Positions 37,358 through 46,540 of a stretch of 64,000 nucleotides of DNA are shown piece after piece; position 1 is the first letter of the stretch, and every line of letters begins with the position of its first letter. This DNA is from an uncultured bacterium. GTDB taxonomy: Bacteria > Patescibacteriota > Minisyncoccia > UBA6257 > GWB1-50-10. Location: the NCBI GenBank assembly GCA_963722655.1, contig CAVRNT010000001.1, positions 98,612 to 162,611 on the forward strand. Reading direction: 5' to 3'. Under the pieces are notes generated by a model. It did not search any database. It had not been told where the DNA came from and saw nothing but the letters and a program-made list of their open reading frames with translations. The translations under genes and the position numbers were made by a program.

Positions 37358-37927
37358 TTAGACGGAAAGGCACTTGATCGCCATCGCCTTTGGCACCAAG
37401 TCCTTCTTCTTGAAGACCAATTTCTCCTCCGGGGAGCACTTTTCCTGCCCCATCTCTTTGAGGAGGTTCTTTGGATTCTCCGGGAAGGAGATGAGGACGA
37501 TGCTCGGTTCGAGCTGGCGGATGAGCTTCGCGGCCGCGGCCGCCTCCATGAAGGACTTGCCGCCCGCGGGAATGATGAGGACGTCGCAGTCCGTCAAAAA
37601 TTCTTGGACCTTCGGTTCAGGCTCCTTCGTAATCTGCCCCAAGACGGCGAAAGAGATTTCGTCCATCTCCATCCGGTAGACGGTCCGCTCGACGCCCTTA
37701 TCGTTTCCGGCGCTCCAGCCCGTCACGTGGATGCCCTGCACTTCGTATTCCCCTTGGTGCGAGATGACGGCCGGACCCTCGTCCGATACCTCGACCGGCG
37801 CCGGCATTATTGTGTTCAAGACTAAGGCCGCTCCGCGGAGGGAGCGCTGATTTTCCGGGTCGAGGAGGACGGCGAGCCCCCCCGACGATATCTTGAAGTA
37901 GTCGTTGCCGAGAAAATTAATGACCAT
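37358..37927 (-). CDS. MBL-fold metallo-hydrolase-like protein, degenerate active site
   Basis: LG..YFKI...LLDP, GEYEVQGI, DVLIIPAGG, QLEPSIV; no HxHxDH motif. Confidence 0.75.
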   Translation of the reverse strand: MVINFLGNDYFKISSGGLAVLLDPENQRSLRGAALVLNTIMPAPVEVSDEGPAVISHQGEYEVQGIHVTGWSAGNDKGVERTVYRMEMDEISFAVLGQITKEPEPKVQEFLTDCDVLIIPAGGKSFMEAAAAAKLIRQLEPSIVLISFPENPKNLLKEMGQEKCSPEEKLVFKKKDLVPKAMAIKCLSV

Positions 37928-37995
37928 TAAGCTCTCTTATTTTACCTTAAAATGACTTGCTTTTCAATGCGGCCTCGTGTAGATTATTTACACTA

Positions 37996-39087
37996 ATGAA
38001 CGTCATCAAGGACAGTCCATCCACGGAACCGGTGCCGGTCTGGAAAAGCAATCCGGCCATTTTGCCGACGCTCCGCCAAGGCGACCTCGTCGAGGGCGTC
38101 GTTTTGGAAAAGGGTTCCAAAGAGATCGTCATCGACCTCGGCCGCTACGGCACGGGCGTCGTCTACCGTGGAGAATTGCAGAACGCCCGCGAGATTGCGC
38201 GGGACCTCGAGGTCGGGAGCCCCGTCCACGCCAAGGTGGTGGAGGTGGACAACGATGACGGCCTCGTGGAACTATCGCTCTCTGAAGCGGACAAGCAGCG
38301 CGCTTGGGCGGCCGTCGCCGAGCTCAAGGAAAAGGACGAACCCCTCAAGGTGAAACCGACCGGCTTCAACAAAGGGGGGCTCATGATGGACATCGAGGGA
38401 TTGCACGCCTTCCTTCCCATCTCCCAGCTCTCCGCCGAGCACTACCCCCGCTCGGAATCGGCCGAACCAGGCCGGGCTGCCCAGATTCTCCAAACCCTCG
38501 TCGGGACCGAGATCGAAGCGAAGATCATCGACGTTAATCCGCGGACGGGTAAGCTCATCGTCTCCGAGCGCGCCGCGAAGGAAATCAGCGCCAAAGAACT
38601 GGCCAAGAACTACGCCGTCGGCCAGGAGATCGAGGGCGTCGTCTCGGGCGTCGCCGATTTCGGCGCTTTCATCCGCTTTACCGACAATCCGGCCGTCGAA
38701 GGTTTCATTCACGTTTCGGAGATCGACCACCGCGTCTTGGAGCATCCGAAGGAGATCGTCAAAGTGGACGACGTCGTGAAGGCCAAGATCGTGGACATCA
38801 AGGACGGTCGTATCTCCCTTTCGCTCAAGGCCTTGAAGGAAGACCCGTGGCTCACAGCCGCCGAGCATTATAAGGAGGGCGAGACCGTGCGCGGCATTGC
38901 TTATTCCTTCACGCCTTTCGGCGCGCTCATCAATTTGGACCACGGCCTCCAGGGGCAGCTCCCGGTCACCGATTTTGGCGGCGTGGCCGAGATGAAAAAG
39001 GCACTCGTCGCGGGCGACACCTACCCATTCACCGTCTTGAGCGTGAAGCCCGAAGACCACCGGATCATCTTGAAGTTCCAGAAATAG
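37996..39087 (+). CDS. rpsA: 30S ribosomal protein S1-like (four S1 domains)
   Basis: Four S1 repeats (NKGGL, FLPISQL, DFGAFI..EGFIHVSE, PFGALI). Confidence 0.9.
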   Translation: MNVIKDSPSTEPVPVWKSNPAILPTLRQGDLVEGVVLEKGSKEIVIDLGRYGTGVVYRGELQNAREIARDLEVGSPVHAKVVEVDNDDGLVELSLSEADKQRAWAAVAELKEKDEPLKVKPTGFNKGGLMMDIEGLHAFLPISQLSAEHYPRSESAEPGRAAQILQTLVGTEIEAKIIDVNPRTGKLIVSERAAKEISAKELAKNYAVGQEIEGVVSGVADFGAFIRFTDNPAVEGFIHVSEIDHRVLEHPKEIVKVDDVVKAKIVDIKDGRISLSLKALKEDPWLTAAEHYKEGETVRGIAYSFTPFGALINLDHGLQGQLPVTDFGGVAEMKKALVAGDTYPFTVLSVKPEDHRIILKFQK

Positions 39088-39150
39088 ATAAAAATCACTC
39101 TAGGTCAGCGGTTTTGCTCCCGCCGACTTTTTGCATATAATTAACTCGCT

Positions 39151-40995
39151 ATGAAGAATATCGGAAAAAACCTCTTGGGCGCCTTCACGCTTCTCCTCGT
39201 CATCGTCTTCATCTTTTCGCTCTTCGTGAACTTCGGCGGTCCCTCGCCGAAGAACTTGGACATTTCGCAGGTCGCGGCCGATGTCACTGCCGGCACGGTC
39301 AAAAGCATCACGGTGAACGGCAACGATCTCGCGATTACCCTCATGGACGGCTCGCAGGCCGTCTCGCAGAAAGAGACCGAGGCGAGCTTGAGCGACACCT
39401 TGAAGAACTATGGCGTGACCCCCGGAGCCCTTTCCAAGGTGGATGTAAGCGTCCAAGCCCAGAGCGGCTTCGATTATTGGCTGGGCCTGCTCCTCACGCC
39501 CGTCCTCACCATCGTCGCGATGCTCGTTCTTTTCTGGTGGATCTTCCGCCAAGCGCGGACGGGCGCGAACCAGGCGATGAACTTCGGCAAGATCAACATC
39601 CGCCTCTTTTCGGCGAATCGCGATAAGGTGACGTTCAAAGACGTCGCCGGACTCAAGGAATCCAAGGAGGAGTTGGAAGAAGTGGTTGATTTCCTCCGCC
39701 ACGCCAAAAAGTTCTTGGACATCGGTGCCCGCATCCCGCGGGGCGTGCTCCTAATGGGTCCGCCCGGGACGGGTAAGACGCTCCTTGCGCGCGCCGTCGC
39801 GGGCGAAAGCGGCGTGCCCTTCTTCCATCTCTCAGCCTCGGAGTTCGTCGAGATGTTCGTGGGCGTGGGCGCCTCGCGCGTCCGCGATCTCTTCGCCACG
39901 GCCAAGAAAGCCGCCCCGTCCATCATCTTCATCGATGAGATCGACGCCGTCGGCCGCGAACGCGGGGCGGGCTTGGGTGGCGGCCACGACGAGCGCGAGC
40001 AGACGCTGAACCAGATTCTCGTCGAGATGGACGGCTTCGAGCGCGATTCGAACGTCATCGTGATGGCGGCGACGAACCGGCCCGACATCCTGGATCCGGC
40101 GCTTCTCCGTCCCGGCCGCTTCGACCGGCGCGTAATTCTGGACATTCCCGACATGAAGGACCGCGAGGACATTTTGAAGATCCACTCCAAAGGAAAGCCC
40201 TTTGACAAGAATGTCGACCTCAAAACCGTCGCCGTTCGGACGCCCGGGTTCTCCGGCGCCGATCTCGCGAACCTGATGAACGAAGCGGCCATCTTCACGG
40301 CCCGCAACGATCGGAAGACCATCACCCAGGAGGACATTTTGGATTCCATCGAAAAGGTGATGCTCGGCCCGGCGCGGAAGAGCCGCGTCATATCGACTAA
40401 AGAGAAAGAGATCACCGCCTACCACGAGGCCGGTCACGCCTTGGTCGCCGTCTCTTTGAAGGACGCCGACCCGATACATAAAGTATCCATCATTAGCCGC
40501 GGCATGGCGGGCGGTTACACCTTGAAGTTGCCGATCGAAGAACGGCACCTCAAGACCCGGGCGGAATTCCTGGCCGATCTCGCCGTCTCCTTCGGCGGCT
40601 ACGTCGCGGAGTCGCTGGTCTTCAAGGACGTTTCGACCGGCTCCTCGAGCGACATCAAGGAGGCGACCGATCTCGCGCGGCAGATGGTCACGCGGTATGG
40701 CATGAGCGAAAAGCTTGGCACGCGTACCTTCGGAGCGACGCAAGAGATGATCTTCCTCGGCCGCGAGCTCACGGCGGAGAAGGACTATTCGGAGAGCATC
40801 GGCACGGAGATCGATGCCGAGATTAACAAGCTCATCAAGAAGACCTACGACTTCGCGAAGAAGGCGATCTCCTCGCGCCGCGACGCCCTGGACAAGATCG
40901 CGAAGGCGCTCATCGAGAAAGAGACCCTGGAAAAGGACGAGTTCTACGCCCTGCTCAAGAACCTCCGCTTGAAGCCGGCCGCCATCACGGCCTAA
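39151..40995 (+). CDS. ftsH: ATP-dependent zinc metalloprotease FtsH
   Basis: Two TMs, [30 protein letters not shown]. Confidence 0.98.
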   Translation: MKNIGKNLLGAFTLLLVIVFIFSLFVNFGGPSPKNLDISQVAADVTAGTVKSITVNGNDLAITLMDGSQAVSQKETEASLSDTLKNYGVTPGALSKVDVSVQAQSGFDYWLGLLLTPVLTIVAMLVLFWWIFRQARTGANQAMNFGKINIRLFSANRDKVTFKDVAGLKESKEELEEVVDFLRHAKKFLDIGARIPRGVLLMGPPGTGKTLLARAVAGESGVPFFHLSASEFVEMFVGVGASRVRDLFATAKKAAPSIIFIDEIDAVGRERGAGLGGGHDEREQTLNQILVEMDGFERDSNVIVMAATNRPDILDPALLRPGRFDRRVILDIPDMKDREDILKIHSKGKPFDKNVDLKTVAVRTPGFSGADLANLMNEAAIFTARNDRKTITQEDILDSIEKVMLGPARKSRVISTKEKEITAYHEAGHALVAVSLKDADPIHKVSIISRGMAGGYTLKLPIEERHLKTRAEFLADLAVSFGGYVAESLVFKDVSTGSSSDIKEATDLARQMVTRYGMSEKLGTRTFGATQEMIFLGRELTAEKDYSESIGTEIDAEINKLIKKTYDFAKKAISSRRDALDKIAKALIEKETLEKDEFYALLKNLRLKPAAITA

Positions 40996-41038
40996 ATTTG
41001 ACGCCGCCGTTCTTTTGGCGGAAACTTTGGAAAGATAC

Positions 41039-41114
41039 GGGCCAGTAGCATAGCGGCTAATGCAACGAGCTTATACCTCGTAGACCGAGGGTTCGAGTCC
41101 TTCCTGGCCCACCA
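41039..41114 (+). tRNA. tRNA-Ile(TAT)
   Basis: Acceptor GGGCCAG/CTGGCCC-ACCA; anticodon arm ACGAG-CT-TAT-AC-CTCGT; GGTTCGAGTCC. Confidence 0.9.
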
Positions 41115-41116
41115 GA

Positions 41117-41188
41117 GGGCGATTAGCTTAGTGGTAGAGCGTCTCGTTTACACCGAGAAGGTCGGGGGTTCGATCCCCTCATCGCCCA
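41117..41188 (+). tRNA. tRNA-Val(TAC)
   Basis: Acceptor GGGCGAT/ATCGCCC; anticodon arm TCTCG-TT-TAC-AC-CGAGA; GGTTCGATCCC. Confidence 0.95.
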
Positions 41189-41237
41189 CAAAAAGTTCGT
41201 TTGACACGCCCGCCCGCCGGGCGTAGTTTCTATATGT

Positions 41238-41738
41238 ATGACCGACGTTTTCAACACCTCATACGGCTTGAAGATCGAGCTCCAAGAGATCGTCCAGGAG
41301 ATAATCTCCTTCATGCGGGCCAAGCCGAATTCGGAGTACAAGGTGATCATCGGGAGCGACTCGGAGCTTTTGGAGGACAAATCCGCCGACTTCGTGACGG
41401 CGATCGTCGTTCACCGTAGAGGGAACGGCGGCCGCTATTTCTGGCGCCGGATGAAACTCGGTAAATTCTACAACCTCCACGACCGCATTGTGCGGGAGGT
41501 GATGCTCTCTTTGGACGCCGCAAAGATTTTCTTCACGGCCTTGAAGACCGAGACGGCAAAGCAAGACCCGGAAAATTCTCTCCATTGGAGCTTCGAGATC
41601 CACATCGACGCGGGCGAGAACGGTCCGACGAAGACCCTCATCCAAGAGGTCGTCGGCATGGTCCGGGCCTCGAACTTCGAGGCAAAAACGAAGCCCGAAA
41701 GCTACGCGGCCAGCAACGTGGCGGATCGCTACGTTTAG
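41238..41738 (+). CDS. RNase H-like YkuK family protein (DUF458)
   Basis: IIGSDS, FVTAIVVHRRGNGGRYFW, EIHIDAGENG.T, KPESYAAS.VADR. Confidence 0.9.
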   Translation: MTDVFNTSYGLKIELQEIVQEIISFMRAKPNSEYKVIIGSDSELLEDKSADFVTAIVVHRRGNGGRYFWRRMKLGKFYNLHDRIVREVMLSLDAAKIFFTALKTETAKQDPENSLHWSFEIHIDAGENGPTKTLIQEVVGMVRASNFEAKTKPESYAASNVADRYV

Positions 41739-41791
41739 GAAGCCCGACTTTCAAATTTTTTCGTCGGTGTTACAATACACCTCACCTATTT

Positions 41792-42358
41792 ATGGACAAA
41801 TTGGTAATAGATATTGAAACCAAGAACTCCTTTGAAGACGTGGGCGGCCGCGAAGGCCTGAAGAAGCTGGATGTCTCCGTCGTCGGCGTTTATTCGTACG
41901 AAAAGGACGAATACATTGCCTTCGACGAGCACGAGCTCGCCGCCTTGGGCGAGCTCCTCCAAAAGTCGCATCTCATCGTGACCTTCGCCGGAGTGCGATT
42001 CGACATTCCCGTCCTCGAGAAATATTTCCCCTGGAACATCAATGCCATCAAGCACTACGACATTTTGGAGGACGTGGAAAAGCGCCTCGGCCGGCGTATC
42101 GGATTAGGCATCCTCGCCGAGGCGAACTTGGGCGTCGGCAAGACCGGCCACGGGATGGACGCGATCGAGTTCTACCGGAACGGTGAGATGGAGAAGCTAA
42201 AAAGCTATTGCCTGAACGACGTGAAGATCACGAAGGACCTTTACGAGATGATAAAAAAACAGGGCTATCTTTGGATACCGGAGCGCAACACTTCACAAAT
42301 GACCAAACTGGTGCTACCGTATACGGAAGAAGAACCGCCTCAAAACCAATTATTTTAA
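41792..42358 (+). CDS. RNase H-like (DEDD) exonuclease domain protein
   Basis: LVIDIET, FDIPVL, YCLNDVKIT motifs; ATG at 41792. Confidence 0.85.
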   Translation: MDKLVIDIETKNSFEDVGGREGLKKLDVSVVGVYSYEKDEYIAFDEHELAALGELLQKSHLIVTFAGVRFDIPVLEKYFPWNINAIKHYDILEDVEKRLGRRIGLGILAEANLGVGKTGHGMDAIEFYRNGEMEKLKSYCLNDVKITKDLYEMIKKQGYLWIPERNTSQMTKLVLPYTEEEPPQNQLF

Positions 42359-42360
42359 AT

Positions 42361-42696
42361 ATGTTCAATCTCGGTAAAAACAAATATTTTGTCGCTGGAT
42401 TCGCCATATTGATGGCGGTGGGACTCATGGCTGCCTACATTCCGATGCTCTTTCCGCAGGTCCCGGCCGGGAATACCGGCGTCGTCTCGGGCGACATTTT
42501 GGGCAACGTCTCCGGCGACATCTCCGGCACGGCCCAGCTTAACCAGAACGCCTTAAGCGGCACCGACGTCCAGACGGCGACCTCAACGCCGACCTCGACT
42601 GATAAATCGGCCAGCTTGCCGTCGAGCTTATCCGGTCTTCAGGACGAACAGAACTCTCTGAACGACATCAACAATCTCCTGAACCAGAGCCAATAG
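42361..42696 (+). CDS. Membrane-anchored Ser/Thr-rich hypothetical protein
   Basis: ATG 42361, N-terminal TM, low-complexity tail. Confidence 0.65.
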   Translation: MFNLGKNKYFVAGFAILMAVGLMAAYIPMLFPQVPAGNTGVVSGDILGNVSGDISGTAQLNQNALSGTDVQTATSTPTSTDKSASLPSSLSGLQDEQNSLNDINNLLNQSQ

Positions 42697-42792
42697 ATCG
42701 GATTTGGAGAAAAACCGTCCTGAGCTTGCCGAAGGATGTTTTTTTGTTTTCTGGAAATTAAATTGCTTCTAGCTTACATTTAAGATAATCAA

Positions 42793-43950
42793 ATGAAGGA
42801 TAAAGAGATTCAAAAATTGATTGGAGCCGAAGAAAAACGCCAGAAAAGGACGGTCAATCTGATCGCCTCGGAGAACTTCGTCTCCGGAGACGTTTTGGAA
42901 GCGCTCGGTTCGGTTTTCACCAACAAATACGCGGAAGGTTATCCCGGCGCGCGGTATTACGGAGGCAACAAATTCGTTGACGGGCTCGAAAAGCTCGCGC
43001 AAAACCGCGCCTTAAAACTGTATAAATTGAGCCCCAAAACCTGGTCCGTTAACGTCCAGCCCTACTCCGGTTCCCCGGCCAACCTCGCGATTCTTTACGC
43101 CCTTGTACCTGTCGGAGAAAAGATAATGGGAATGGACCTTAATATGGGTGGCCACCTGACGCACGGATACAAGGCGAGCATCACTGGAAAATTATGGAAG
43201 CAGGTGCCTTATGGTGTGGATAAAAAAACCAAAAGGATCGACTATAATGAACTTTCAAGGATTGCCAGAAAAGAGAAGCCGAAGCTCATCATTGCCGGTG
43301 GGAGCGCCTATTCGCGGGCTATTGATTTCAAAAAATTCAGAAAAATAGCCGACGCGGCCGGAGCCATTTTACTCGTGGATATGTCCCACTTTGCCGGTCT
43401 CGTCGCTGGCGGCGTTTATTCTTCACCCTTTCCGTACGCTGACGTCGTGATGACGACAACGCACAAAACGCTTCGCGGTCCGCGCGCGGCGCTCGTCTTT
43501 TCAAAAAAGGAATATTCTCCGGCGATAGACAAAACGGTCTTCCCCGGCCTTCAGGGCGGACCGCACGCGAACGCGATTGCGGCCGTCGCCGTAGCGCTAA
43601 AAGAAGCTAGTGAACCGAGTTTCAAAAGATACGCGCGGCAGGTAATCAAAAACGCCCAAGCTCTCGCGGCGGGACTCCAAAAGCGCGGCTGGCGTATCGT
43701 CTCCGGCGGCACGGACACACACCTATTTTTGGTTGATACGATGAGCCGCGGTATGAGCGGTAAGACGGCGAGCGAGAAACTGGAGAAGGCCGGGATTATC
43801 GTGAACAAAAATATGCTCCCCTACGATACGCGCAAGCCGTCCGATCCCTCCGGCATCCGTCTCGGCACCGCGGCTATGACGACGAGAGGAATGAAGGAAA
43901 AGGATATGAAGAAGCTAGCAGAAAAGATAGATAAGGTCTTGGGAAAATGA
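42793..43950 (+). CDS. glyA: Serine hydroxymethyltransferase
   Basis: LIASEN, NKYAEGYPG.RYYGG, GGHLTHG, TTTHKTLRGPR, SGIRLGT. Confidence 0.98.
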   Translation: MKDKEIQKLIGAEEKRQKRTVNLIASENFVSGDVLEALGSVFTNKYAEGYPGARYYGGNKFVDGLEKLAQNRALKLYKLSPKTWSVNVQPYSGSPANLAILYALVPVGEKIMGMDLNMGGHLTHGYKASITGKLWKQVPYGVDKKTKRIDYNELSRIARKEKPKLIIAGGSAYSRAIDFKKFRKIADAAGAILLVDMSHFAGLVAGGVYSSPFPYADVVMTTTHKTLRGPRAALVFSKKEYSPAIDKTVFPGLQGGPHANAIAAVAVALKEASEPSFKRYARQVIKNAQALAAGLQKRGWRIVSGGTDTHLFLVDTMSRGMSGKTASEKLEKAGIIVNKNMLPYDTRKPSDPSGIRLGTAAMTTRGMKEKDMKKLAEKIDKVLGK

Positions 43951-44774
43951 TTATAGATGGTAAACAAATAGCGGCGGAGATAATCGCCGAGCTTAAGAAA
44001 AAGCCGAAGCCGAAAAAATTCTTCGCGGCTTTTCTGGTCGGCAACGATTTTGCCTCGGCGAGTTTCCTGAACCAAAAGAAAAAGATCGCAGAAGAATTGG
44101 GTATTGATTTCCGTTTGTATAAGTTTCCGGAGGCGGTCTCACAAGACGAACTGCGGAAGGAGGTTTTGAAGACCGCCGAACACAAAAATTGCGGTGGCGT
44201 TATCGTCCAATTACCACTCCCCGCTTCGATAAGCGCCCAGTATGTTTTGAACGTCATTCCGCGCGATAAGGACGTGGACGTGCTCGGTGAAAGAGCGCTC
44301 GGTGCCTTCTATGCCGGCCGAAATTCGGTTTTGCCTCCAGCCGTTGGAGTTGTAGAAATCGTTCTACAAACTACTCACCACTCACTACAAACTAGTGCCG
44401 TAGCCGTGCTCGGTGCCGGGGCTTTAGTCGGCAAGCCGATAGCGGCCTGGCTCACGGGTAAGTGCAAAGAGGTTTTTATTTTGGACAAAGGCAACGATTT
44501 AAGTACTTTGAAGAACGCCGATGTAGTCATCTGCGGCGCAGGCGTTTCCGGTCTTGTGAAGCCGGAGATGCTCAAGGAAAACGCGCTCGTCATAGATTTC
44601 GGCTACAGACTAAAGGATGGCAAACCCTCCGGAGATTTTGATTCGTCAGGTTTACTCACTACTCACTACTCACTACAAACTATTTCGTATACTCCCACTC
44701 CCGGTGGCACCGGGCCGATTCTCGTCGCGAAACTATTCGAGAACTTTTTTACTCTTCTTCGGCCGAAGGATTAG
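43947..44774 (+). CDS. folD: Methylenetetrahydrofolate dehydrogenase/cyclohydrolase FolD
   Basis: [39 protein letters not shown]. Confidence 0.95.
   Translation: MIIDGKQIAAEIIAELKKKPKPKKFFAAFLVGNDFASASFLNQKKKIAEELGIDFRLYKFPEAVSQDELRKEVLKTAEHKNCGGVIVQLPLPASISAQYVLNVIPRDKDVDVLGERALGAFYAGRNSVLPPAVGVVEIVLQTTHHSLQTSAVAVLGAGALVGKPIAAWLTGKCKEVFILDKGNDLSTLKNADVVICGAGVSGLVKPEMLKENALVIDFGYRLKDGKPSGDFDSSGLLTTHYSLQTISYTPTPGGTGPILVAKLFENFFTLLRPKD
44364..44394. repeat. 7-nt tandem tract inside folD
   Basis: CTACAAA CTACTCA CCACTCA CTACAAA CTA. Confidence 0.9.
44652..44681. repeat. 7-nt tandem tract inside folD
   Basis: TTACTCA CTACTCA CTACTCA CTACAAA CT; identical to the reverse complement of 21107-21136. 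Confidence 0.95.
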
Positions 44775-45804
44775 TGCTTGGGCTAGAGATGACGGTCTTC
44801 TTCTCCGAGGCCTCGATGGTGGCTTTTTTGATCGCCTCCAATAGTTTTTTATCCTCCTTGAGTTTCAATCGGACGTTGTCGAACCCAACTCCCAGTTTTT
44901 CCTCCCCAAAATAGAAGGTTGCGCCGTTCTTCTTCACCACCTCGTATTTGATGGCGGTGTTCAAGACGTCGGCTTCGTAGGAAATGCCCTCGCCGAACAT
45001 AATGTCGAACTCGGCGATCTTGAAGGGCGAGGCCACCTTGTTCTTCACGATCTTGGCCTTCACCCGATTGCCGATGGATTCATCCCCCTTCTTGATCTGG
45101 GCGATGCGGCGAATGTCGATGCGGACCGAGGCGTAGAACTTAAGGGCCATGCCGCCCGGCGTCGTTTCGGGGTTCCCGAACATTATGCCGATCTTCATCC
45201 TCGTCTGATTGATGAAGATGATGATGGTGCCGGATTTGTCGGCGATTGCCGTCAGTTTCCGCAGGGCTTGGGACATCAAACGCGCCTGGAGGCCCATATG
45301 CGACTGGCCCATCTCGCCCTCGATCTCCGCCTTGGGCGTGAGGGCCGCGACGGAATCCACGACGACGATGGCGATGGAATTGGAGCGCACCAAGCTTTCC
45401 AGGATGTTCAGCGCCTCTTCGCCGTTATCCGGCTGGGAGATGATGAGGTCCTTCACCTTGACCCCGATGCGGGCGGCGTACTCCGGGTCCAAGGCGTGCT
45501 CGGCATCGATGAAGGCCGCCTTGCCGCCGCGCTTTTGGGCCTCCGCCACGGCGTGGAGGGCGAGCGTCGTCTTACCGGAGCTTTCCGGCCCGAAGATCTC
45601 GATCACCCGGCCCTTAGGCAGCCCGCCCGTGCCGAGGGCGAGGTCCAGCGAAAATGAGCCGGAAGGGATGGTCTCAACCTTGCTGTGGCGCGCGTCGCCC
45701 AAGCGCATCACCGCCCCTTCGCCGAAGCGCGACTGGAGTGATTCGATGAGGGAATCGATGCTGCTCTCCCCGCTTTTAACCTCTTTTTTCTTTGAATTAG
45801 CCAT
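44749..45804 (-). CDS. recA: Recombinase RecA
   Basis: [46 protein letters not shown]. Confidence 0.99.
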   Translation of the reverse strand: MANSKKKEVKSGESSIDSLIESLQSRFGEGAVMRLGDARHSKVETIPSGSFSLDLALGTGGLPKGRVIEIFGPESSGKTTLALHAVAEAQKRGGKAAFIDAEHALDPEYAARIGVKVKDLIISQPDNGEEALNILESLVRSNSIAIVVVDSVAALTPKAEIEGEMGQSHMGLQARLMSQALRKLTAIADKSGTIIIFINQTRMKIGIMFGNPETTPGGMALKFYASVRIDIRRIAQIKKGDESIGNRVKAKIVKNKVASPFKIAEFDIMFGEGISYEADVLNTAIKYEVVKKNGATFYFGEEKLGVGFDNVRLKLKEDKKLLEAIKKATIEASEKKTVISSPSTNPSAEEE

Positions 45805-46468
45805 TGGTAGTTGAAGTTCCGTTAGTGCTGGTCGGCGCGTTATAGAAAACCTGTTTGGTCTCGGTGAAAGTTTGGCCGACGAGCTTTTTGAGTTCGAACT
45901 TGAGCGTATTGAAACCGGGTTGGAGGACGAGATCGGCCTGGAAACGGCCGGACCTGTCTGGGTAAATCTCCTCGCCGTTCAGGATCAATTGATCCGCCGG
46001 ATTCATTGTACCTTGGACCGGGAGATTTGGCGACGCGACGGTCGCCGGGAGCGGACCCAAATTGAAGGACGGCGCGCCCAAAAATCCTGGCAGGCGCAGG
46101 ATGATGTAGCCGAAGACGATGATGATGAGGATTATGATCGCGACGACCTTCTTATTGACCTTCCCCGCCCGAAAGCGGTTCTGGGGCAACACGTCCGCCG
46201 GACCGGGGCGCTTGATGCCGCTCTTGTCCTTCAAGTATTCCGACCAAAGTTTCTGGCCGTCCAATCCGAGGACCTCGGCGATCTTCACTAAATAACCATG
46301 GATGTAGGGCGCGGCTGGAAGTTTTTCGTACTTCTCGTCCAAGAGAGCGGCGAGCATGCTCTCTTGGATGCCGGTCGCTTCCGAAAGGCGGGCCAGGTTC
46401 AGGCCCTTGAGCCGCAAGGCCTCGATTATCAAATTGGCCAGGTTATGCTGGGGTTCCTGAGGTTCCAC
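45797..46468 (-). CDS. RodZ-like helix-turn-helix membrane protein (GTG start at 46468 preferred)
   Basis: HTH with [19 protein letters not shown], one TM, Ig-like end; ftsK-rodZ-recA synteny. Confidence 0.8.
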   Translation of the reverse strand: MEPQEPQHNLANLIIEALRLKGLNLARLSEATGIQESMLAALLDEKYEKLPAAPYIHGYLVKIAEVLGLDGQKLWSEYLKDKSGIKRPGPADVLPQNRFRAGKVNKKVVAIIILIIIVFGYIILRLPGFLGAPSFNLGPLPATVASPNLPVQGTMNPADQLILNGEEIYPDRSGRFQADLVLQPGFNTLKFELKKLVGQTFTETKQVFYNAPTSTNGTSTTNG

Positions 46469-46508
46469 ACCGCCATTATACCCCACCTCCCGCCGATTTA
46501 TCCACCGG

Positions 46509-46535
46509 AATTATCGAGGTTCAACCTCGATAATT
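46509..46535. repeat. Perfect palindrome with REP-like core GAGGTT-N-AACCTC
   Basis: AATTATCGAGGTT-C-AACCTCGATAATT (13-bp arms, 1-nt spacer). Confidence 0.8.
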
Positions 46536-46540
46536 TTTGA

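Noticed and set aside
41123-41380. 85-aa minus-strand ORF overlapping tRNA-Val
   Set aside because: Its C-terminus (AMRGSNPRPSRCKRDALPLS) is the usual antisense translation of a tRNA gene
43215-43223. Perfect DnaA box (TGTGGATAA) inside glyA
   Set aside because: Single copy in coding sequence (GVDK) with no cluster; plausible by chance
21107-44681. CRISPR array or DGR template/variable repeat explanation for the duplicated 30-mer
   Set aside because: No repeat-spacer structure, cas or reverse transcriptase genes in the window; the copies are identical rather than adenine-mutated and are too short
44749-44774. 26-nt convergent overlap of the folD and recA 3' ends
   Set aside because: Short tail overlaps are common in compact genomes and both proteins appear complete
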